Source: Verrucomicrobiota bacterium (lineage in GTDB: Bacteria > Verrucomicrobiota > Verrucomicrobiia > Verrucomicrobiales > DEV007). Taken from it: a stretch of 13,799 nucleotides of DNA. Positions 1-6,606 of this stretch are shown piece after piece. Each line of letters opens with the position of its first letter. Within the stretch, counting starts at the first letter, position 1. The notes under the pieces were generated by a model that searched no databases, was not told the DNA's origin, and was given only the letters and a program-made list of their open reading frames with translations. The position numbers and the translations under genes were made by a program. Where the stretch lies: contig JASFYY010000061.1 in NCBI GenBank assembly GCA_045046875.1, positions 1 through 13,799 on the forward strand, written 5' to 3'.

Positions 1-164
1 GGCAGACGACGATTGGTAAGGGCAGCACGGTGGGGGCGAATGTTTTTCTGCGCCAGAGCGTGCCGGAGGGATCTTTTGTTTCCAACGAAGGAGAGTGTTT
101 GCGGGTGATCAATAAAAGCACGGGTGCTATTTTGCATGAATTTTCCGATACCCCGGCGATTTGA
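1..164 (+). CDS. cysE: Serine O-acetyltransferase (CysE/EpsC-type), C-terminal fragment; 5' end lies outside the window
   Basis: Manual translation of frame 3 gives QTTIGKGSTVGANVFLRQSVPEGSFVSNEGECLRVINKSTGAILHEFSDTPAI*, TGA at 162-164. This matches the hexapeptide left-handed beta-helix end TxIGxGSx(V/I)GxNV(F/W)LxxSVPxxS of serine acetyltransferases. Not in the ORF track. Confidence 0.75.
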   Translation, partial: QTTIGKGSTVGANVFLRQSVPEGSFVSNEGECLRVINKSTGAILHEFSDTPAI

Positions 165-216
165 TTTTGCTGGTTTCGAGCATGCTATACGACATTTTTA
201 CCCATAAGATCTAAAC

Positions 217-242
217 CGCGGATTTCACGGATGAACACGGAT
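217..242 (+). repeat. Triple heptamer direct repeat C(A/G)CGGAT
   Basis: CGCGGAT (217-223), CACGGAT (226-232) and CACGGAT (236-242), separated by 2 and 3 nt, in the cysE-sprT intergenic region. Confidence 0.75.
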
Positions 243-305
243 AAAAAGAAAGTGAAAGTTAGCCTATGTGCCTCATCCTCCAGCATTAGCTCTAGGTGTG
301 TATAT

Positions 306-316
306 TGTGGTAAAGT
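306..316 (+). promoter_or_regulatory. Putative extended -10 promoter for the SprT gene
   Basis: TGTG-g-TAAAGT (TRTG-n-TAnnnT), about 30 nt upstream of ATG 348. No convincing -35. Confidence 0.45.
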
Positions 317-347
317 GTGAGTTTTGAATGATAAAGGGTTAAAGTAG

Positions 348-998
348 ATGGAGTTGTCTTGTCGTCAGTTGGAGCTTTTTTCTGACGAGGAGGTAATTGC
401 TGACGTTTTGGTGAGTGAAGCGGGCTCGTCGGAAGAGCGGGAGAGTAAAACGGATGAGGCATCGTGTGAGCTTTTACTGACGGGGCTCGATGAGGCTTGT
501 TTAACCAGGCATGTGGCTAGCTGGCTGTTGCCTCTGCAACTTGCAGAATTGATGGGAGGTGTCCATGTGAAATGGAATTCACGGCTGCAAACGACGGCAG
601 GACGAGCTCACTATGCGGAAAGTCGAATTGAGTTGAACCCACGTTTGATAGAGATCGCGGATTTGGCGGAAATCGAGCAAACGTTGAAGCATGAATTGGC
701 CCACTTGGTGGCTTATGAACGCTGCGGCAAATTACAGCGGCGGCGCTTGCAGCCGCACGGAGTGGAGTGGCGTGAAGCGTGTGTGGATCTGGGCATTTCT
801 GGAGAAGCACGTTGCCACGAATTGGCTCTGCCGGGACGGCGTATACGGAGAAAATTTGCCTATACTTGCCCAGCCTGCACAGCGGTGATCGAAAGGGTGA
901 GGAAAATCAAGGGTTATGTTTCTTGTTACCCTTGTTGCAGGCAATACAGCGCCGGTCGCTACGACCGACGTTTTCAGTTGCTTGAGACGCGCTTGTGA
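348..998 (+). CDS. SprT-like zinc metalloprotease with C-terminal Zn-ribbon
   Basis: Contains WNSRLQTTAGRA, IELNPRL, HEXXH motif TLKHELAH, downstream PHGVEW (third His ligand) and CPAC...CYPCC zinc ribbon, all typical of the SprT family. Confidence 0.92.
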   Translation: MELSCRQLELFSDEEVIADVLVSEAGSSEERESKTDEASCELLLTGLDEACLTRHVASWLLPLQLAELMGGVHVKWNSRLQTTAGRAHYAESRIELNPRLIEIADLAEIEQTLKHELAHLVAYERCGKLQRRRLQPHGVEWREACVDLGISGEARCHELALPGRRIRRKFAYTCPACTAVIERVRKIKGYVSCYPCCRQYSAGRYDRRFQLLETRL

Positions 999-1004
999 AA
1001 TTTG

Positions 1005-2456
1005 TCAGAAATCCAAATAGATCTCTGTTCTGCGGTTTTGGGCGCGGCCGGCGGGGTTGTCGCTGCCGTCGGATTTGAAGTTGGGTTTGAGTGGCATGGT
1101 TTCGCCGAAGGCTTGGGTGACGATTTGATCCGCGGCGACGCCGAGCTCGATGAGGGCGTTTCTAACTGCGCTGGTGCGACGCTTGCTGAGGGCGACGTTG
1201 TAGTTGTCTTCGCCTTTGGCGTCGGCATGGCCGTTGATGTGCAGCTTGCGTTTTTTGTCTTCGCCGAGGATGGCGGCGACGATGGCTAGCTGTTTGCGGG
1301 TGCGAGCGCTGACTTGTTCGTTGTCGAATTCAAAATAAAGCACCAGGGAATCTCCTCCTTGGGGGTTTTTGTGGATTGGGGTGTAGGCGACGTCGCCGCC
1401 TCCGGCGGCCATGGCGGTCAGTGAGATAAGTTTGGAAAAGGTGAGCCCGGCAATCGTCCAGCGACCTTTTTGATCAGCGCTCATTTCCAGTCCAAATTCG
1501 GACTTTTCCTTGTTCGATTCGACCCGGGTGATGGCCCAGGTCAGGTCATCACGGCTGAGGGTGATGACGAGTGGCTTGTCGGTCTTGAGCCGGAACTCGC
1601 CTTCTTCGAGGGCGATCAGCAGTGCGGCGAGTTTTTCATTGTTGAGCCGTTCAGGATCGGTGAGGGATCGGGCGGTTTTGATATCGCGGTTGATGACAGC
1701 TTTGGAAAAAGCGTAAGCAACCATCATGGCGTCGGGTAGTTCGGAGTCTTCCATATCAGAGCCGGTGAGTGCCCCGGTTTTGATGGGGGTGCCGGTGCTG
1801 TTTGCGGGATTTGAAGAACTGGCCGCCGCCATGGATTTTTTCATGGCGAGTGGCGGACGTATTTTAAGCACTTTCCAGGCGCCTTTGGCATCCTTATCCA
1901 GATCGGTGAGGATTTCGATGACTTCTCCAGAGGAGGTGAGCAGTCGTAGCGCCCAGCGGGTGCTGTTCTGGCTGCGGCCAATGGCGGAGAGCGCCTGCTG
2001 TGGGTCGATTTTTAAATCCGTTCGTTTTAACAGAGCGGTCAAGCGGGCTTTGGCGGATGCGCTGAGGGTATTTTGTCCGCTGAGTTCAAAAAAGAGCGCG
2101 GTATTTTTGTCTTGCACTGCTTTGGCCAGGGCATCCATCAAGGCTTTTTCAGAGGTGAAGCCTCCTGCCGGTTTGGCCGGAGCGGGGGCTTTCGAGGGTG
2201 TTTTTTTGACTAAAGGTTTTTGAGCGGCGTTTTTGAGCGCTGCCATGGTTTTGTCAGCTTTGGATTTGGTTGCGGCTTGCTGGTTCTGATCCTTATCGGA
2301 TTGCGCTTTGTTGGTTGCGGGTTGTGAGTTGGCAGCGGCGGGCGTGGTGGTGGTTGCGGGATCAGGGCTGGCATCTTTGTTGAACAAGATGAAATACGAA
2401 GTGATGGCTCCGACCAGGATGATTCCGAAAAAGACGATGGCTTGTATTTTGTTCAT
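1005..2456 (-). CDS. Membrane-anchored OmpA-C-like (peptidoglycan-binding) domain protein
   Basis: N-terminal hydrophobic helix (aa ~4-25), Ala/Pro/Lys/Thr-rich linker and two similar alpha/beta domains. C-terminal OmpA-like motifs are LYFEFD, INGHAD, NYNVALSKRR, AFGETMP and GRAQNRRTEI. Confidence 0.9.
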   Translation of the reverse strand: MNKIQAIVFFGIILVGAITSYFILFNKDASPDPATTTTPAAANSQPATNKAQSDKDQNQQAATKSKADKTMAALKNAAQKPLVKKTPSKAPAPAKPAGGFTSEKALMDALAKAVQDKNTALFFELSGQNTLSASAKARLTALLKRTDLKIDPQQALSAIGRSQNSTRWALRLLTSSGEVIEILTDLDKDAKGAWKVLKIRPPLAMKKSMAAASSSNPANSTGTPIKTGALTGSDMEDSELPDAMMVAYAFSKAVINRDIKTARSLTDPERLNNEKLAALLIALEEGEFRLKTDKPLVITLSRDDLTWAITRVESNKEKSEFGLEMSADQKGRWTIAGLTFSKLISLTAMAAGGGDVAYTPIHKNPQGGDSLVLYFEFDNEQVSARTRKQLAIVAAILGEDKKRKLHINGHADAKGEDNYNVALSKRRTSAVRNALIELGVAADQIVTQAFGETMPLKPNFKSDGSDNPAGRAQNRRTEIYLDF

Positions 2457-2509
2457 GATGCGGAGGATGGGCTAGACGAATAAAGGCTCTTGCAACGCTT
2501 CGTAGGTGG

Positions 2510-2538
2510 AATATAGAGCAGGTAAGAGCAGTGGACAA
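2510..2538 (-). promoter_or_regulatory. Putative sigma70 promoter of the OmpA-domain gene
   Basis: Minus strand TTGTCC (2538-2533), 17-nt spacer, TATATT (2515-2510), about 50 nt upstream of ATG 2456. Confidence 0.6.
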
Positions 2539-2568
2539 GCCCCGGCTGTCTGGAAAACTTCTGCTTGA

Positions 2569-2596
2569 TTGAGATATGACGGGAGCGTGTTATACT
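2569..2596 (+). promoter_or_regulatory. Putative sigma70 promoter of the rseP-ispG-trmB operon
   Basis: TTGAGA (2569-2574), 16-nt spacer, TATACT (2591-2596), with extended -10 TG at 2588-2589. Back-to-back with the OmpA-gene promoter. Confidence 0.65.
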
Positions 2597-2648
2597 CGGA
2601 GGCAATGCTGCGGTCGAGTCTGGACGACCTGCTTTAAATTTTTATATT

Positions 2649-4154
2649 ATGGATACGATTTTGAACATTCTCCGTGTGATTGGAGTGATTTTTATGGTGG
2701 TGATGACCTTCAATCTGCTGATTGTGGTGCATGAATGGGGGCATTTTTTGGCGGCGCGCTGGCGGGGGCTGCAGGTGGACCGTTTTCAGATTTGGTTTGG
2801 CAAACCGCTGTGGAAAAAGACGGTTAACGGGGTGCAATATGGTTTGGGATCGATCCCGGCAGGTGGTTTTGTGGCTTTGCCGCAGATGGCTCCAATGGAG
2901 TCGATCGAGGGACAGAATGTGGGTGAGGATGGTGAAGAGGAGGAGCCGCGGGAATTGCCACCGATTTCTCCACTGGATAAAATCATCGTGGCTTTTGCCG
3001 GCCCCTTGTTCAGCTTTTTACTGGCGGTGTGTTTTGCGGTGGCGGTGCATTTCATCGGCAAACCGGTTAATGAAGCGAGTTCAACGACGGTGGTGGGAGG
3101 GACGGCTCCGGGCAAACCTGCCGCTCTTGCGGGTTTGAAAGCGGGAGACAAGATTTTAACAATCGATGGGCACAAGGTGGAGAGTTTTTTGGGGATGATC
3201 AATAGTGTGCAGTGGAATATTGCTTCGGGAACCAGTAACCCCATCATCATAGAGGTAGAGCGTGAGGGGGAGGGCAACAAGACGATTAAGGTTCAAATGC
3301 CTAGTGAGAAGGAGAAGGCTGCTGATGCAAAAAAAGTATCTTGGCTTAAGTCCCTATTGGGAAGGCCTGAGTTGAGAAAGATTGGGATAGGGCCTCAAAT
3401 AACACCGATTATTCTAAAGCTTGTTGACCCGGGGCCAGGCCAGGAAGCAGGATTAAAAGCGGGCGATATTGTGGATAAGGTTAATGGAGTGAAACTGATT
3501 TCTCTATCTGATTATGATGTTATCAGAAAAGAAAACATCGGGAAAACCTTGAATTACTCCATCATTCGAGGTGCGGATAAACAAAAATTAGAGATATCAG
3601 TCGAACCCAGACTTCCTGTGGCACCTGATGATGTTAAAGACCCTCTGTGGGGGGTGGTTATGGATGGTGCTGGCATTCGAGGTATGGCTTATCCAGGCAT
3701 ATTAGAACAGGTCTCCAATAGTCTGAGTATGATGAAAAATACTCTGGGTGCGATTGTTACTCCGAAATCGGAAGTGAGCGTGAGTCATCTGAGCGGTCCG
3801 GTGGGCATCATGAACCTGTATTACAATTTATTCAGCATGGAGGGTGGCTGGAGATTGGTTTTGTGGTTCAGCGTGATCATGAATATCAATCTGGCGGTTT
3901 TGAATATGTTGCCGTTTCCTGTTTTGGACGGGGGTCATATCACGATGGCCTTTTTTGAATGGGTCAGTCGTAAACCGATGAAATTTCGGGTGCTTGAAAT
4001 GGTGCAGACGGCGTTTGTGATTCTACTGTTAGGTTTCATGGTTTTTGTTTCGATCAAGGATGTCAAAAATGTGAGCGACCAGGTGCAAGGCAGCGGCAAG
4101 GGCGTAGAGCTGAAATTTGCCCCGAAAGAAGCGGCGGCGAGTGAGGCCAAGTAA
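2649..4154 (+). CDS. rseP: RIP metalloprotease RseP (site-2 protease, M50) with two PDZ domains
   Basis: HEWGH in TM1, FQIWFG, IPAGGFV, AGPLFS, two GLKAGD-I PDZ signatures, SGPVGI and NMLPFPVLDGGH (NxxPxxxLDG). It lies upstream of ispG, a common arrangement. Confidence 0.96.
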   Translation: MDTILNILRVIGVIFMVVMTFNLLIVVHEWGHFLAARWRGLQVDRFQIWFGKPLWKKTVNGVQYGLGSIPAGGFVALPQMAPMESIEGQNVGEDGEEEEPRELPPISPLDKIIVAFAGPLFSFLLAVCFAVAVHFIGKPVNEASSTTVVGGTAPGKPAALAGLKAGDKILTIDGHKVESFLGMINSVQWNIASGTSNPIIIEVEREGEGNKTIKVQMPSEKEKAADAKKVSWLKSLLGRPELRKIGIGPQITPIILKLVDPGPGQEAGLKAGDIVDKVNGVKLISLSDYDVIRKENIGKTLNYSIIRGADKQKLEISVEPRLPVAPDDVKDPLWGVVMDGAGIRGMAYPGILEQVSNSLSMMKNTLGAIVTPKSEVSVSHLSGPVGIMNLYYNLFSMEGGWRLVLWFSVIMNINLAVLNMLPFPVLDGGHITMAFFEWVSRKPMKFRVLEMVQTAFVILLLGFMVFVSIKDVKNVSDQVQGSGKGVELKFAPKEAAASEAK

Positions 4155-4187
4155 TAGGGAGCTCTTGGCAGGGATTTAAATATAGCC

Positions 4188-5972
4188 ATGAAATACTGTC
4201 CGAGTTATTTCAAATATTCATCGCGCTCCACTCGCGAAGTGTTGGTGGGGGGCGTGGGGATTGGTGGAGATCATCCCATCCGGGTGCAGTCGATGCTGAC
4301 CAGCGATACACGGGATGTGGAGGCTTGTGTGCAGGAGGCTTTGGCTTTGGTTGAGGTGGGTTGTGAGATCGTGCGAGTGACGGCTCAGACGAGGAAGATC
4401 GCTCAGAATTTGCAAGGCATCGTGGAGGGGATTCGCGCGGCGGGCAGTGAGGTGCCGATTGTGGCGGATATTCATTTTAAGCCGGATGCGGCGATGGAGG
4501 CGGCAAAATGGGTGCAAAAAGTTCGGGTGAATCCGGGTAATTATGCGGATAAAAAGAAGTTTCAGGTGCTGGAGTATTCCGATGAAGAGTATCAGGAGGA
4601 GCTCGAGCGCATTGACGAGGCCTTTTCACCGCTGGTGAAACGCTGTCAGGAAAACGGGGTGGCGATGCGCATCGGCACCAATCATGGATCCCTGAGTGAT
4701 CGCATTATGAATCGCTACGGTGATACGCCCTTGGGCATGGTGGAGAGCGCTTTGGAATTTGCGCGGATTGCCAGGAGCCATGATTACCATGAGCTGATTT
4801 TTTCGATGAAAGCGAGCAATCCCAAGGTGATGATCGAAGCTTATCGCTTGTTGGCAGCTCGCTTGCAAGAAGAGGGGGCGGATTGGAATTACCCACTGCA
4901 CCTCGGGGTGACCGAAGCCGGAGACGGTGAGGACGGGCGGATCAAAAGTGCGATTGGGATAGGATCATTGTTGGCGGATGGCATTGGGGATACGATCCGG
5001 GTGAGTTTGACTGAGGATTCGGTTCACGAGATTCCCGTGGCGCAGGCTTTGGTGAAGTGGATTGGAGCGGAAGGGGCTCGATTTGATTTGGATGGAGAGT
5101 ATTTTGATGAAGATCAATTGAGTTATGATCCGTTTGTTTTTAATCGCCGTCCATCGAAGCAGACGAACGTTGATGCGTATGATTTGGGTGGTGAGCAGGC
5201 GGTTCGTATCGTGAGTACGGCGAAGGTGTTTGATGAAGTGAAGGGGAGACTGGAATCTCTTGGGGAGTTTCAACCGGAGATTGTTGTGGAAAATGCGGGC
5301 ACTGCGATCCGTATGCTTGATCCGACCGATGCAGCGGCGGTGGAGCAGATCAATGCTTTGTCTGAAGAGGTGTTGGTTGCGGTGGCTGATGAAACGGCTT
5401 TACCGGTGGTAGCGGCTTACCGGCTTTTGGCATCAGTGCTTGAAGTGAGGCATCCGATTTTGTTGAAAGATATTTTTTCGGATGAAGAGCAGGCGGATTC
5501 TGATGCGGCTTTGTTGGCGGGCAGTGCGCGCATAGGCTCACTGTTGTGCGATGGGATTGGTGACGCGGTTTGGGTTCGTGGTGAGAAGGAGGCTGAGGCT
5601 TCTTTGCGGTTGGCGTATAATATTTTGCAATCGGCGGGCACGCGGATTTTTAAGACCGACTATGTGGCTTGTCCTTCATGCGGGCGCACTCTATTTGATC
5701 TGCAGACGACTACGCAGAGGATTAGGGAAACTACAGGTCATCTCAAAGGCGTGCGCATCGCGGTGATGGGTTGCATTGTGAATGGACCGGGTGAAATGGC
5801 GGATGCTGATTTTGGTTATGTGGGAGGGGCCCCGGGTAAGATCAATCTTTATGTGGGCAAGGAGGCGGTGAAATTTAACATCGCCGAGGCTGAAGCGGTT
5901 GACCAGTTGGTGGGGTTGATCCGTGAACACGGCAAGTGGGTGGATGCTCCGGTGATGGCGAGTGAAAAATGA
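4188..5972 (+). CDS. ispG: (E)-4-hydroxy-3-methylbut-2-enyl-diphosphate synthase, long three-domain form
   Basis: IRVQSM, VADIHF, RVNPGN, RIGTNHGSLS, HLGVTEAG, GIGDTIRVSLT, and [4Fe-4S] ligands CPSCGRT...MGCIVNGPGE. At 594 aa it has the extra central domain seen in PVC, Bacteroidota and plastid IspG. Confidence 0.98.
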   Translation: MKYCPSYFKYSSRSTREVLVGGVGIGGDHPIRVQSMLTSDTRDVEACVQEALALVEVGCEIVRVTAQTRKIAQNLQGIVEGIRAAGSEVPIVADIHFKPDAAMEAAKWVQKVRVNPGNYADKKKFQVLEYSDEEYQEELERIDEAFSPLVKRCQENGVAMRIGTNHGSLSDRIMNRYGDTPLGMVESALEFARIARSHDYHELIFSMKASNPKVMIEAYRLLAARLQEEGADWNYPLHLGVTEAGDGEDGRIKSAIGIGSLLADGIGDTIRVSLTEDSVHEIPVAQALVKWIGAEGARFDLDGEYFDEDQLSYDPFVFNRRPSKQTNVDAYDLGGEQAVRIVSTAKVFDEVKGRLESLGEFQPEIVVENAGTAIRMLDPTDAAAVEQINALSEEVLVAVADETALPVVAAYRLLASVLEVRHPILLKDIFSDEEQADSDAALLAGSARIGSLLCDGIGDAVWVRGEKEAEASLRLAYNILQSAGTRIFKTDYVACPSCGRTLFDLQTTTQRIRETTGHLKGVRIAVMGCIVNGPGEMADADFGYVGGAPGKINLYVGKEAVKFNIAEAEAVDQLVGLIREHGKWVDAPVMASEK

Positions 5973-5982
5973 AGAGTGGTGA

Positions 5983-6606
5983 GTGATGAGTTCTGGGGAA
6001 TTTAAACCGTTTGCTTTGGAGTTGTATCCTGAGAATTTGTTTCAGCGTCTTGCTGTGGGAGATTTGTTTGGGGAGACGGAGTCGGCGCTGGAGATTGATC
6101 TGGGTTGTGGGGACGGGCGTTTTTTGCAGGCGATGGCGGAGCAGTTTCCGCAAAGCAATTATCTTGGCATCGAGCGCTTGCTGGGGCGGGTGCGTAAGGT
6201 TTGCCGGCGCAGTGAGCGTGCGGGTTTAAAAAATGTAAGGGCTTTGCGTCTGGAAACCACCTATGCGGTGGAGTGGTTGTTGCCTCGTGCTTGCGCGCAG
6301 CGGGTGCATTTGTTGTTCCCGGATCCCTGGCCGAAAAAGAAACATCACAAACGTCGTTTGATGGCGCAACCGGAGTTCTTGAAGTCGGTGGCAAATTTGC
6401 TGGAAGAGGGTGGTGAGTTTTTGTTCAAGACCGATCACGAAGATTACTTTGAAGTTGCGCAGGAGGCGGCGGAAATTTGCCCTCACTTCAAAGTAATGGA
6501 TTGGCCGGAAGATGCTTTTTTCTATGCCGAGACGGATTTTGAGCGTCAGTGGAAAGAGGTGGGGCGTCGTATTCAGGGTTTGCGTTTGCTCAAGACGAGC
6601 GTTTGA
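5983..6606 (+). CDS. trmB: tRNA (guanine-N7)-methyltransferase (m7G46)
   Basis: EIDLGCGDG SAM motif, GIER, FPDPWPKKKHHKRR, KTD and TDFE. Start is GTG 5983 or ATG 5986. Confidence 0.96.
   Translation: MMSSGEFKPFALELYPENLFQRLAVGDLFGETESALEIDLGCGDGRFLQAMAEQFPQSNYLGIERLLGRVRKVCRRSERAGLKNVRALRLETTYAVEWLLPRACAQRVHLLFPDPWPKKKHHKRRLMAQPEFLKSVANLLEEGGEFLFKTDHEDYFEVAQEAAEICPHFKVMDWPEDAFFYAETDFERQWKEVGRRIQGLRLLKTSV

Noticed and set aside
217..242. CRISPR array
   Set aside because: Units are 7 bp with 2-3 nt spacers, and there are no cas genes.
165..347. LexA/SOS box upstream of sprT (verrucomicrobial TGTTC-N4-GAACA)
   Set aside because: A GAACA half-site is at 233-237 but there is no TGTTC at the right spacing. 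The TGTTC at 9182-9186 near comEC also lacks its partner.
5050..5650. Extra central region of IspG as a novel insertion or intein
   Set aside because: It corresponds to the known additional degenerate TIM-barrel domain of three-domain IspG, and no intein motifs are present.
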